Shown: positions 27,968-37,783 of the stretch, one piece after another
Position numbering within the stretch: the stretch's first letter is position 1
Layout: each line of letters begins with the position of its first letter
From: Patescibacteria group bacterium
Lineage (GTDB): Bacteria > Patescibacteriota > Gracilibacteria > UBA1369 > LOWO2-01-FULL-3
DNA: 64,000 nt
Assembly: GCA_038065735.1 (NCBI GenBank)
Contig: JBBTQK010000001.1
Span: 25,748 to 89,747 of the forward strand
Direction: 5' to 3'
Translations under genes and position numbers: made by a program
Notes under the pieces: model-generated
Seen by the model: only the letters and a program-made list of their open reading frames with translations
The model's database searches: none
What the model was told of the DNA's origin: nothing

Positions 27968-29086
27968 CTAATGTGAATGACTATGTCCATGCAAATCTTT
28001 TGGAGCATCTTTACTCAAGAATAAAGCTGCGAAGAAAGTGGTGATTGGTACTGCCAAAACCAAACCAATACTGCCAACTAAAGTCGCGATAATTTGTTCT
28101 GCCACGAATTCATAATTCAAAACTTCTATAAACGCCCTGGACCTATCAATAAATAACAACAAAAGCGGCATATATGATCCTGCGTAAATCAGAACAAGCG
28201 TATTCACCATAGAAGAAATATGATCCCGCCCAACTCTCATCGCACTTGCAAACAATTCCCAAAATCCCATTTTTTTATTAGCCGACTTCAATTCCTGCAC
28301 TACAGAAGCCTGTGAAATAGTTACATCATCCAAAATTCCCAAAATTCCAATAATCATGCCGGCCACAACTAAACCGCGTACATCTATATTCATAAGCGTA
28401 TCTAGCTTCAAAAAATTAATTTCTTCAGATGACAATCCACTCAAATTTCCAATACCAGCAAAATATTTAGCCATCAGTCCTATTCCAATCAAAGTAACAA
28501 TCGTAGAAACTCCAGCAATCGTCGTCTTTTTATTAATTCCATGACCAAGATAAAAAGTCGCAGGCACAATCACTAAAATTCCCATAACTGCAGCCCAAAT
28601 CGCACTGCCCCCAGCCAAAATACTCGGTAAAATAATCTTAAAAATAACCCAAAAACTAAAAACCATTCCAATCAATGATCCAGCCCCTTGGTTTCCAGTA
28701 ATCGCCAAAACCAACACCACAAAAACTACAAATAACCAAAGCAAAACATTTTGTCTTTGGAAATCTAAAATATAATAAAAAGTTTCCCCATTCTCACTAG
28801 TATAACCTGTTAAAATAACCTTATCCCCAGCCTTAAACTCGCGAGGTACACTAAGAACACTGGAATCCTCAGTCACATCAATATTATGTCCGGCATTCTC
28901 ACCTTCATTAAATTGCACTTCCAAAACCTGCGTATCTGTATCTGGTGACTCCGAAACAATTTTCACAATTTCTGCCTTATAATTGACGGCATTCTCAGGT
29001 GATTCATTCTTTTCAGAAATCGGAAAAAATACAAACAACAAAACTACCACAACCAGCGCCACCAAATTATAAATTATTTTTTTCAT
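27968..29086 (-). CDS. YibE/F family membrane protein
   Basis: GILDDVTISQ, GRDHISSMVNTLVLIYAG motifs; multiple TM helices; His-rich tail. Confidence 0.92.
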   Translation of the reverse strand: MKKIIYNLVALVVVVLLFVFFPISEKNESPENAVNYKAEIVKIVSESPDTDTQVLEVQFNEGENAGHNIDVTEDSSVLSVPREFKAGDKVILTGYTSENGETFYYILDFQRQNVLLWLFVVFVVLVLAITGNQGAGSLIGMVFSFWVIFKIILPSILAGGSAIWAAVMGILVIVPATFYLGHGINKKTTIAGVSTIVTLIGIGLMAKYFAGIGNLSGLSSEEINFLKLDTLMNIDVRGLVVAGMIIGILGILDDVTISQASVVQELKSANKKMGFWELFASAMRVGRDHISSMVNTLVLIYAGSYMPLLLLFIDRSRAFIEVLNYEFVAEQIIATLVGSIGLVLAVPITTFFAALFLSKDAPKDLHGHSHSH

Positions 29087-29144
29087 GAGTTTTTAATAAA
29101 TTCTCCACTAATTTACTCCTTAAAAATCTTTTTACAAATTTCGC

Positions 29145-29172
29145 TGTAAGAATATAATGCAAGGCACGTCTA
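29145..29172 (+). promoter_or_regulatory. Candidate autoregulatory ECF-type promoter
   Basis: TGTAAG, 16-nt spacer, CGTCTA immediately upstream of the ECF sigma gene. Confidence 0.45.
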
Positions 29173-29184
29173 ACTATACGCTTC

Positions 29185-29712
29185 ATGAATTGGAACAACC
29201 CAAAAAACGACTTTCTCGATTCATACGAAAAGTACTCTGATGCAATCTTCAGACATTGTTACTTTAGAATGAATAACAGAGAAAGGGCCAAAGAGCTAAT
29301 GCAGGATGCGTTTATGAAGACTTGGGAATATATCTCAAAAGGAAATATAATTGAAAACATTAGAGCTTTCCTCTACAGAACGGCAAATAACCTCATCATT
29401 GATGACGCACGTAAGAAAAAAGAAGCTTCTCTTGAAGAATTAAACGAGAAAGGATTTCAACCAAGCTACGATAAGCAAGATGAGATAAAAGTGCATATCG
29501 AATACACTAAAATCATGAGCGTCATCAATAAATTACCATCAAATCACAGAGACCTAATAATAATGCGTTATGTAGACGAACTCTCTCCAAAAGAAATCGC
29601 CCACGTAGTACAGGAATCAGAAAACGCTGTATCGGTGCGTCTAAACCGATCTATCAAGAAACTAAGAGATTTAATCAAATATAATAACTCACCTCACAAT
29701 GAAATCGAATAA
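29185..29712 (+). CDS. ECF RNA polymerase sigma factor
   Basis: Region 2 (AKELMQDAFMKTW, FLYRTANNLIID) and region 4 (EIA…V.VRL.R). Confidence 0.93.
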   Translation: MNWNNPKNDFLDSYEKYSDAIFRHCYFRMNNRERAKELMQDAFMKTWEYISKGNIIENIRAFLYRTANNLIIDDARKKKEASLEELNEKGFQPSYDKQDEIKVHIEYTKIMSVINKLPSNHRDLIIMRYVDELSPKEIAHVVQESENAVSVRLNRSIKKLRDLIKYNNSPHNEIE

Positions 29713-30724
29713 TCGTGACCCCAGAGGGATGTTCGAGAATTCTAAGGACATCAATCTTACTAAATCAGAGAAACAAGAGGGTAGAGACATTCTCGCGAGA
29801 TTTATTGATGCAAATCCTGTAGAAAAATCGGAACACTCACATAATAGAGCCAGCATTTTTAAAAACCTATTTAATGTTTTTTTAAAGCCAATGCCGGCGT
29901 TCTTTGCCCTTTTATTACTCGTTACTGGTGGTACTAGTCTTGCAGCAGAATACAGCGTGCCAGGAGACCTCTTATACCCCGTCAAAATTCACGTTAACGA
30001 AGAAGTTCGTAGCGCGCTGGCTTTTTCTGAGGAATCAAAAGCTTATATTGCTTTAGATAGAGCAGAAGAACGTCTCGAAGAGGCTGAAGTTTTAGCTGTA
30101 AAAGGTAAGTTAACTCCAGAAGTTCGTATTGATCTTGAGGTCAGATTTACTAGACACCTGGAGCAGGCCCAAAAAAGAGCGGCTACGGCAAAAATCAATT
30201 CTGATATTAAAGCCAAACTTTATGTACATGAAGAGACCTTAACAAAAATATCTAATACTCAACAAGAACCAGTCAAAGTTGAAATCGATGCCTTAAATAC
30301 AAGAATTAGGGGCCAACTCAGAGATTCTAAAAAATCAGATGCTCCTGTGAATAGTGAAACTCACAACTCTAGGAGAAATAGTGATAAAGTCGACGACCTT
30401 GAGAGTGTCGTCAGGCTCAAATCAAGAGCTGATGTAAAAATAGAAATAAAGAAGAGGGATCATACTGACTCAGAAGAAGAAGTAGAAGAAAAAGAAGAAA
30501 CTGAAGCAGTTGATCAAGAAGTTCATGGAGAATCCGTTGAAGAATCTCGCCGTGATCCTGTCCCCCTTGCCCTCCCAGAAACAATTCTAAACGAGCCGGT
30601 TCAGACTATTCTTCCAGTTAGAACCATTATCCCAGTTGAGACTCTATTATTACCAACCAGAATCCTACTTCCAACTAGGACCATACTACCAACTAGAACT
30701 CTACTTCCCGTCAGAGGGCTCTAG
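29699..30724 (+). CDS. Putative membrane anti-sigma factor (DUF5667-like)
   Basis: Overlaps the sigma gene; one TM helix then SVPGDLLYPVK…E and ERLEEA motifs. Confidence 0.75.
   Translation: MKSNNRDPRGMFENSKDINLTKSEKQEGRDILARFIDANPVEKSEHSHNRASIFKNLFNVFLKPMPAFFALLLLVTGGTSLAAEYSVPGDLLYPVKIHVNEEVRSALAFSEESKAYIALDRAEERLEEAEVLAVKGKLTPEVRIDLEVRFTRHLEQAQKRAATAKINSDIKAKLYVHEETLTKISNTQQEPVKVEIDALNTRIRGQLRDSKKSDAPVNSETHNSRRNSDKVDDLESVVRLKSRADVKIEIKKRDHTDSEEEVEEKEETEAVDQEVHGESVEESRRDPVPLALPETILNEPVQTILPVRTIIPVETLLLPTRILLPTRTILPTRTLLPVRGL
30599..30715 (+). repeat. Degenerate 18-bp coding tandem repeat, about 6 units of (R/E/Q)T(I/L)LP(T/V)
   Basis: QTILPV RTIIPV ETLLLPT RILLPT RTILPT RTLLPV. Confidence 0.8.
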
Positions 30725-30732
30725 CAGCCAAC

Positions 30733-32142
30733 TTATTCTTCGAAGGGTATATCAACTTCCTCCCCGTAAAATGGGATGTGTACATCGTTGTATCCGTTTT
30801 CTCCCAAGGCTTTTGAGAATGCTTCCAATTGAGTTTGCTCACCATGCACCAAAAAAATCTTCTTTAAACTCTTAATTCTAGTTATGTAATCCAGCAAATC
30901 ACTTCTATCCGCATGTCCCGAAAAAGCATCCATGACATAAACGCTGGCTTTTACCTGATGTGAATCACCAAAAATATTTACACTTTTGTTGCCATCTACA
31001 AGTTTTCTGCCCAAAGTTTCTTCAGCCTGATAACCAACAATCAAAACAGTATTTCGTGGGTCTTCGATGTTATTTTTTAGATGATGTAGAATTCTACCGT
31101 GCTCACACATACCTGAAGCCGCAATAATAATCATTGGGCCTTGTTTTTCGTTTAGAGACTTGGATTCCTCAACGTCACGTGTATATTTTAATTCTCCAAA
31201 ACCAAATGGATTGTCCCCGTGTTCCACAAATTCATCAAAAACTTTCTTATCAAAACACTCCGGATGCGCCCTAAACACCTCTGTTAAATTACCAGCCAAA
31301 GGACTATCCACATAAATTGGAATAGCCGGAATCATGTTTTTCTTATTCAAAACATTCAAATGATAAACAACTTCCTGTGCACGTTCCAAAGCAAAAGCCG
31401 GAATAATTAATTTACCACCTTTTTTACAAACTTCGTTAACCACGACCGCTAGGTCATTATCCACTGTATCCAAATTAGCATGCAAACGATTACCATACGT
31501 ACATTCTGTAATCAAAATGTCAGTCTCTGGAATTGGCTGTGGATCCCGCAAAATTGGTAGTCCTCTACGTCCCAAATCTCCGGTAAAACAAAATCTTAAA
31601 TATTTTTTAGATTTTTTGTCATGCAGTACAAGGTGAGTCAGCGCAGAACCCAAAATATGTCCCGCATCATAAAAACAGGCTACCACGCCTTCGGCGACTA
31701 CAAAACTTTGTTCATAATTAACTGATTGGAACATCTTCAAGGTTTCCTCAGCATCAGCCAGCGTGTACAAGGGTTCTAATTTTTCTACATCTTTATTTTT
31801 CTTTTTTTTCTTAAGCCATTTAACTTCACTTTCCTGAATAAAAGCACTATCCGCCAACATGAAATTTGTTAGATCGCGAGTTGCATGAGTACAGTAAATT
31901 GGTCCTTTAAAACCCTGTTTTACAAGTACTGGCAAATCTCCACTATGATCCATATGTGCATGTGAAAGAATCACACAGTCCACTTCTTTTGGATCAAATT
32001 TTAGGTGTAAATTTTTTTCATCAGATTCCTTACGCTTACCCTGAAACATACCGCAATCCAGGAGGATTTTTTTACCATTAATTGTTAGCAAATGCTTTGA
32101 ACCGGTTACTTCACCAGCTGCTCCGGCAAATTTAATTTTCAT
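30733..32142 (-). CDS. MBL-fold beta-CASP ribonuclease
   Basis: SHAHMDHSG, AGHILGS, ECTYG and FSGHAD…VHGE motifs. Confidence 0.93.
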   Translation of the reverse strand: MKIKFAGAAGEVTGSKHLLTINGKKILLDCGMFQGKRKESDEKNLHLKFDPKEVDCVILSHAHMDHSGDLPVLVKQGFKGPIYCTHATRDLTNFMLADSAFIQESEVKWLKKKKKNKDVEKLEPLYTLADAEETLKMFQSVNYEQSFVVAEGVVACFYDAGHILGSALTHLVLHDKKSKKYLRFCFTGDLGRRGLPILRDPQPIPETDILITECTYGNRLHANLDTVDNDLAVVVNEVCKKGGKLIIPAFALERAQEVVYHLNVLNKKNMIPAIPIYVDSPLAGNLTEVFRAHPECFDKKVFDEFVEHGDNPFGFGELKYTRDVEESKSLNEKQGPMIIIAASGMCEHGRILHHLKNNIEDPRNTVLIVGYQAEETLGRKLVDGNKSVNIFGDSHQVKASVYVMDAFSGHADRSDLLDYITRIKSLKKIFLVHGEQTQLEAFSKALGENGYNDVHIPFYGEEVDIPFEE

Positions 32143-32152
32143 GAAAGAGAGG

Positions 32153-33286
32153 TTATTTTGGATCTATTATAACAACTTTATTCCTAATCATCGATTGAAT
32201 TTCTTCACTATAATCTCCATAGCCAATAAATCTTTCAATCCACTCTTTACTTTCTTCTTCTGTCATTAATCTGGATTGAGAATTTGCGCTCTTCATAGGG
32301 ATTAATTGCACTTCACTACTACCGTCTTCTTTTAAAGTAATTCCTATAGCCAATTCCTCCTGAGTAGCCTTGGACCAATATTGATCAAACACAAAATTTC
32401 CAAGAGAATAAAAAATAAATTTATCTTTATAGATCTCAAAATTTTGTACCACATGAGGATGATGACCAATCACAAAATCCGCTCCGGCATCGACAAAGTC
32501 GTGACCCGGATCAACTTGCATAGCGCTGTTCGCACTGTTTTTATACTCAATTCCCCAATGTACTGAAACAATCACGTAATCCACATGTGCATCCAATCTC
32601 CTAATCATTTCCAACGCATCTTCGAGATCTAATTTATGCGTAATATCCTGGAAACACGCAAAGGCGTATTTTTTTTCGCCAATTTCACCATAATAAATAC
32701 TTTCTGGATCGGCTTCACTTGGATGTCCACACCAGCCTAGTTCGCTTTGTTCCAAAGCGGTGATTGTGCTATCACGACCTTTTGATCCTTGGTCTAAAGC
32801 ATGATTGTTAGAAATCGACAACACATCAAATCCACTATTTTTTAAGAATGGGGCAATGTCTTCATTAAAACTAAAAACCATCGCAGTTCCACCACTTTTA
32901 CCTTTGCCACTAATTGGACCTTCTAGGTTTCCAAACACAACATCCGCTTGCGGGAATAGGCCCTTCGGGCCTGTTTCAAACTTTGCAAAAAGATAATCAA
33001 GGCCACCATTCCTATCGGCCATTGTACGTACGTATCGGCCCAACATCATATCTCCAAAAGCCAGAATTTTAAAATCTGCATTTTCTTCTTCCTCAATGTC
33101 TTCAATTTCAATTTTCTCAATATCATCTTCGGTTTTTTCAGCCGTTTTAACTGCCATCTGTTTTATAGCCACAGGCTGTGCTCCAGTCAAATTCATCGCA
33201 TCTGTAAAAACCAACTTGCCACTTTGAATCTGGTACATGACCACGCCAGCCAAAACAAGCCCAAAAAAAATAGTAAATTTCTTCAT
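32153..33286 (-). CDS. CapA/PGA_cap family metallophosphoesterase
   Basis: GDMML, NLEGP, NNHALD, HWG.EY, GHHPHV and YSLGNFVFDQ motifs. Confidence 0.92.
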   Translation of the reverse strand: MKKFTIFFGLVLAGVVMYQIQSGKLVFTDAMNLTGAQPVAIKQMAVKTAEKTEDDIEKIEIEDIEEEENADFKILAFGDMMLGRYVRTMADRNGGLDYLFAKFETGPKGLFPQADVVFGNLEGPISGKGKSGGTAMVFSFNEDIAPFLKNSGFDVLSISNNHALDQGSKGRDSTITALEQSELGWCGHPSEADPESIYYGEIGEKKYAFACFQDITHKLDLEDALEMIRRLDAHVDYVIVSVHWGIEYKNSANSAMQVDPGHDFVDAGADFVIGHHPHVVQNFEIYKDKFIFYSLGNFVFDQYWSKATQEELAIGITLKEDGSSEVQLIPMKSANSQSRLMTEEESKEWIERFIGYGDYSEEIQSMIRNKVVIIDPK

Positions 33287-33287
33287 A

Positions 33288-33545
33288 TTAATTTAAAAGC
33301 AATTCGTCCAATTTCCCCATAGCATCCAATGCTTTCAAATCATCAAAACTGCCAATATGACGAGAATTAACAAAAACCTGCGGTGTATCTGAACGATCTC
33401 CAGATTTAGCAAGCATTTCAGCCTCCAATTCCTTATCCTGATCAATAACTTTTTCATCAAAAGCAACGTTTTTTGACTTCAACATTTCTCTGCATTGAGC
33501 CGAAAATGGACAATAACTTTTAGTATAAATCACAACTTCAGCCAT
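33288..33545 (-). CDS. Glutaredoxin (Grx3-like, CPFS active site)
   Basis: YTKSYCPFS and TPQVFV..RHIG motifs; start at ATG 33545. Confidence 0.88.
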   Translation of the reverse strand: MAEVVIYTKSYCPFSAQCREMLKSKNVAFDEKVIDQDKELEAEMLAKSGDRSDTPQVFVNSRHIGSFDDLKALDAMGKLDELLLN

Positions 33546-33614
33546 AAAATTTCTGATTAACGAATAAATTGGATAAAAGCTAACAGATAGCGTAGCAAAA
33601 TGCAATTTTGTGGA

Positions 33615-34085
33615 CTACTCGTGGTGGTATTCTTTTCCATTAATTATGCAGAATCCTCTATAAATCTGTTCCAGCAAAAACAATCTCACCATTTGATGAG
33701 TGAACGTCATTTTTGACAGCGCAATTGTTGCATTGGCCTTCTTTTTTACTTCTTCACTAAGCCCAAACGGGCCACCAATAACAAAAACCACCTCTCTTCC
33801 TTCATCCACATACTTCTCCAAAAATCCCGCAAATTCCACCGAATTCATTTCCCGCCCTTTTTCATCCAACAAAATCACCACCTCATCTTTTTGTAAATTC
33901 TGAAGAATTTGTTTCCCCTCAAAATCTTTGCAATGCTCACGCGTAAACGCCTTGCTCGCCGCAACTTCTTTTAAGGTTACGATTTCCAGCTTCGCAAAAG
34001 CCTTTAGTCTTTTAACTAGCTCTGCCAGGCCTTCTTCAATATATTTATCTTTTGTCTTCCCAACCTGAATAATTCTGATTTTCAT
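33615..34085 (-). CDS. rlmH: 23S rRNA m3-pseudouridine1915 methyltransferase RlmH
   Basis: MKIRII.VGK, FVIGGPFG, MTFTHQ and EQIYR…YH motifs; start at ATG 34085. Confidence 0.95.
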   Translation of the reverse strand: MKIRIIQVGKTKDKYIEEGLAELVKRLKAFAKLEIVTLKEVAASKAFTREHCKDFEGKQILQNLQKDEVVILLDEKGREMNSVEFAGFLEKYVDEGREVVFVIGGPFGLSEEVKKKANATIALSKMTFTHQMVRLFLLEQIYRGFCIINGKEYHHE

Positions 34086-35077
34086 AACATCGATATTAAC
34101 ACTTTTTGCTTTTTCTCCAACCACTTCGGATCTCTAAACTTTTCAACAATCATATCAATCTCATATTTTGGATCATTTTCATCAGCATGTTTTTTTATTT
34201 TCCAAAATCTCGGTTCCAAGTTCTCATTCTCAATTAGCCCTAAATGAGCCAGCCTTTCATGAGCCTCGCACAACGCCACAATTTTTTCGGGATCATGCAC
34301 TCCATACATCGCAAACCTATCTGTATGATGCAAAATCTCACTTGGCTTATTACATCCAGGAAAGGCACAAGTTCCATTAGTTTTATGCAAAACATGCCGC
34401 TCAATTTTAACCGGAAGATGTCTCGATGTCGCCTCAACTGCCTCTGGTTTGGTTGATTCTAGTTTTTGCTTTCTTAATTCTAAAAATTCTTTCATCAGGG
34501 TATTGAAATCTCCGCTACCTTTTAGTTTATTAAGCTGATCAGCTATTTCCGGATCCAACTCCATTGTAATGGTAGCTTTTACAGATTGAAATTCTGGGAC
34601 GTCCCAAGTTTCTAATCTCTTAGACTCCTTGTTAATTTCTTTAACGTAAGTTCTTAAGGTGTGATTACTCATCTGACTAGCTTTCTCAGCCCAAAAACTC
34701 GCATTTTCTTCATTAACTATACTTGCAACAGGCCTAACAGCATTTAATCCTTTTTCTTCAACGACTTTTAGTAACTCAGGCTTATCTTCTATTTTCTTCA
34801 AAACCCACAAAGCCTCATTCACTGTATGCTGGCTCATCCCAGCCAACTGCCTCGCATAATCATAGATGTTCTCAAATCCTTTTTTCTTCCAAATTTGTTG
34901 TTTTTCAATTTCAGGCAAAAGCAAAACACACTTGCGCATCCGAAGCTAAGGCGAAGTGTCGCGCGGAGTACGCGACCACTCCTTGGCATTGCGCCCATAT
35001 TCTGAAAATTTTTGATGCAGAATTTTCCATGAATTATCTCCCAATATTTTTAAATCTGAACTCTTATTTTGAAGCAT
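34082..35077 (-). pseudogene. HNH endonuclease domain gene interrupted by a 36-bp in-frame insert containing TAG; the downstream part 34082..34939 is open
   Basis: CAFPGC…HH…LCEAHERLAH HNH motif; frame continues upstream to ATG 35077 (MLQN…YGRNAKEW) except for one TAG inside the insert. Confidence 0.75.
34940..34975. mobile_element. 36-bp GC-rich REP-like miniature insertion
   Basis: Minus strand TCGCGTACTCCGCGCGACACTTCGCCTTAGCTTCGG in AT-rich context; GTCGCG/CGCGAC hairpin; possible GG duplication at the ends. Confidence 0.6.
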
Positions 35078-35270
35078 ATATTTTTGTTAATTTTTGTAAC
35101 TATATTTTCTACTTTTGGCCAAGAAATAAAAGTCAAAATTCCAATTTAAGGCTGACAAAAAGCAATAAGTATTGGTGAGTATGCACTCACTAGGCTCGCG
35201 AATAAAAAACCTCTTGGCAAAAAATTATCAATAAACTTTGCTATCAAAAAACTTGTGTTACTATCCTTGC

Positions 35271-35717
35271 ATGACTTCAGAAAACAAAATCGAAATCTAC
35301 ACAGATGGCAGCTGCCTCGGCAACCCCGGTCCCGGCGGGTGGGGAGCAATAATTTTTCACAACAACGAAAAAATAATTCTATCCGGCAACGACAAAGCCA
35401 CCACCAACAACAGAATGGAAATGATGGGCATGATTGGCGCACTACAGTGGCTTCACGAAAACCCACAACTCAAAGACCACCTCCAAAATCAAAAAATCAT
35501 TTTTTACAGCGACTCAAACCTACTGATTCAAACCCTCAACCAAGGCTGGAAACGCAAAGCCAACCTAGACCTCTGGGCCAAAATCGACAAACACCGAGCT
35601 TGGCTCGATATTAACTGGACTTGGGTCAAAGCCCACGCCAAAAACAAATTCAACAACGAAGTCGACGTTATCGCGGTCAGCGAATCAAGGAAGTTAGTAT
35701 CAGATAAAGATATTTAA
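35271..35717 (+). CDS. rnhA: Ribonuclease HI
   Basis: YTDGSCLGNPGPGGWG, TTNNRME, SDS and WVKAH…N..VD motifs. Confidence 0.96.
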   Translation: MTSENKIEIYTDGSCLGNPGPGGWGAIIFHNNEKIILSGNDKATTNNRMEMMGMIGALQWLHENPQLKDHLQNQKIIFYSDSNLLIQTLNQGWKRKANLDLWAKIDKHRAWLDINWTWVKAHAKNKFNNEVDVIAVSESRKLVSDKDI

Positions 35718-36007
35718 CGATAACGCTCTTGAGGTGCTAAACTCCATGACCCTGCCTTTATACAATTACAAGCTGCATCACTTGTGTTCTTGCATATCGA
35801 CTCAGTTTTGGAAGTTGGTTTCATACGCCTACTAAGCTGCTCTTTGCTAAGCCTCTCGTATGTTGTATTGGTTTCCACATACGGGCAACTTACCGTATCC
35901 TTGCCACCTAGTCTGTGAGACATGATTTTAAACTTCACTTTTTGGCCGTCACCATTTGCTCCATCGCAAGTTCCTTCCGATTTTGTTCTGAAAATTTCCA
36001 TACTCAT
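35714..36007 (-). CDS. Small Cys-containing hypothetical protein
   Basis: Open frame with five Cys; likely start is the ATG at 36007. Confidence 0.5.
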   Translation of the reverse strand: MSMEIFRTKSEGTCDGANGDGQKVKFKIMSHRLGGKDTVSCPYVETNTTYERLSKEQLSRRMKPTSKTESICKNTSDAACNCIKAGSWSLAPQERYR

Positions 36008-36137
36008 AAATAATATATTACTTTTAAAGAATGTAATAATGAGCACGTCAAGCAGTTTTGTCAAGAAAGCGTCTGAGTCAAGTACATCCACTATGCCCTA
36101 AAACATAATGAATCATAAAATTCACTAAACTAAAAAA

Positions 36138-36443
36138 CTAAACCAACTTCCCCTTAATCTTGTCTTTTGAAACGAAACCAAGGGATTTATCAACCACCTC
36201 GCCGTCTTTGAAGAAAAGCAAACTTGGGATGCTCATAATTCCGTATTTTTCGGCTGTGGCAGGGGAGGCATCTATATCAAGTTTTCCGAATGTCCATTTA
36301 CCCTCAAATTCCGCGGCCAATTCATCAATAATTGGCGCAAGCATCTTGCAAGGTCCACACCATTCAGCAAAAAAATCTACCAAAACAGGCCCCTTGGCCT
36401 TTAGCACTTCTTCCTCAAAATTCTCATCTGTAAATATCTGCAT
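36138..36443 (-). CDS. trxA: Thioredoxin
   Basis: WCGPC active site, SIP cis-Pro motif. Confidence 0.97.
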   Translation of the reverse strand: MQIFTDENFEEEVLKAKGPVLVDFFAEWCGPCKMLAPIIDELAAEFEGKWTFGKLDIDASPATAEKYGIMSIPSLLFFKDGEVVDKSLGFVSKDKIKGKLV

Positions 36444-36458
36444 ATGTTTAAATTAAAT

Positions 36459-37742
36459 TTACCCTAGTGTAGCATTTTTAAAAATTTCCTCAACTTGTTT
36501 ATGCCACGCTTCTACTTCTACCGCATGTGCAACTCCCGCAAAAGATTTTCTCAAAATTCTCAAATATGGCAGCTTACGAATCGCATACTGATAAGGAGAA
36601 TGACGCAAATCGCGCTTGTCCTTAAAGCAAGGATCCTTCACAAAATGTAAATTCACCAACGCCTGATTAATTTCCTGAATTTTATCCTGCAATTTATCTT
36701 CCGGCTTGCCCTGTTCAATAATAATTTTATAGAAAAATGTCTCGTATTTTTCCACAGACGAACCCTGGCCAGCCCCAGTCTTAGCCTGAACACCACCTTG
36801 TTGCCATCTCGGTAGAATACAAAACGCCACAATATTTTTGCTTGGCACGGCGTACATCACCCAACGAATAAAACTGTCTTTCACCGCTTCATCTTTGGCG
36901 ATTCCATAAAAAGTCTGCCCATCATCACACATATCCTTGAAAATCTGCATTTTTTTCTTAAAATTTTCATCCTGAAAAATAAAACTTTCCACCTCACCAG
37001 CAAGCTCCTTATCCATTTTTTTGATTTCTTTCAAAGCAACCCCTTTACCTTCTTTCATGTTATAAGCCAATTTCAACAAAGTCGCCGCGTGAAACTGTAC
37101 AAAAGCCTCCTTTAAAACTCCATTCACCACTTTTTCATACATTCCACCAAGCAAACCGTCCATCTTTTCCTGGAATAGCTCATAGTCGTTGCCGAGCTGT
37201 GAAATAAGAATAGTACTACCGTCATCCATCACAATCTTTAACTGGTAATCCATCTCATCAAACTCATAATAATTCACAAAATTAAACTGAATACTAAAAG
37301 CATCCTGTTTAGGCGGAATCACCAATAAACTACCTTCATATAACCTTAACTTTGCATTAGATTTACTGATCAACTTCGTGAATTTACTCATTCTCTCAAA
37401 ATGTCCTTCAAACTCAGCCTTCAATTTGCCCATCTTCATAAAAAGCGCATCCATCAAAAACTCATTACGCGCCTTGTAAATATCCACTACAACCTGATCA
37501 AACTGTGTGCCAGTATCTGCCAAAGTATATTTTTCCTTGTTAAACGTGACGAAAAATATTTTTTCATCTCTATAGTAGAACTCTTTAATTTCAGAAAAAT
37601 TAATAAGCTCACCTTTGTCGGTTGCGCCTTTACCTTTGAGGCGAAAACCCTTGCCGTAAATAATAACTTCTCCTTCTTTATCAACCATGACCCTATTCGA
37701 AAAATTGGCCTTTTGATAACGAAGATTGTAGGAAACTTCCAT
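36459..37742 (-). CDS. Hypothetical cytoplasmic protein (possible tandem PH-like domains)
   Basis: 427-aa ORF upstream of trxA; beta-rich repeats in the N-half. Confidence 0.75.
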   Translation of the reverse strand: MEVSYNLRYQKANFSNRVMVDKEGEVIIYGKGFRLKGKGATDKGELINFSEIKEFYYRDEKIFFVTFNKEKYTLADTGTQFDQVVVDIYKARNEFLMDALFMKMGKLKAEFEGHFERMSKFTKLISKSNAKLRLYEGSLLVIPPKQDAFSIQFNFVNYYEFDEMDYQLKIVMDDGSTILISQLGNDYELFQEKMDGLLGGMYEKVVNGVLKEAFVQFHAATLLKLAYNMKEGKGVALKEIKKMDKELAGEVESFIFQDENFKKKMQIFKDMCDDGQTFYGIAKDEAVKDSFIRWVMYAVPSKNIVAFCILPRWQQGGVQAKTGAGQGSSVEKYETFFYKIIIEQGKPEDKLQDKIQEINQALVNLHFVKDPCFKDKRDLRHSPYQYAIRKLPYLRILRKSFAGVAHAVEVEAWHKQVEEIFKNATLG

Positions 37743-37783
37743 TGGACTAGATTGAAACTGGGGCTAATTTAGCTTTATTAAAG

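Noticed and set aside
36047-36082. Three GTCAAG copies upstream of the small Cys protein
   Set aside because: Short and irregularly spaced (13 and 17 nt); explainable as minus-strand TTGAC -35-like hexamers or chance.
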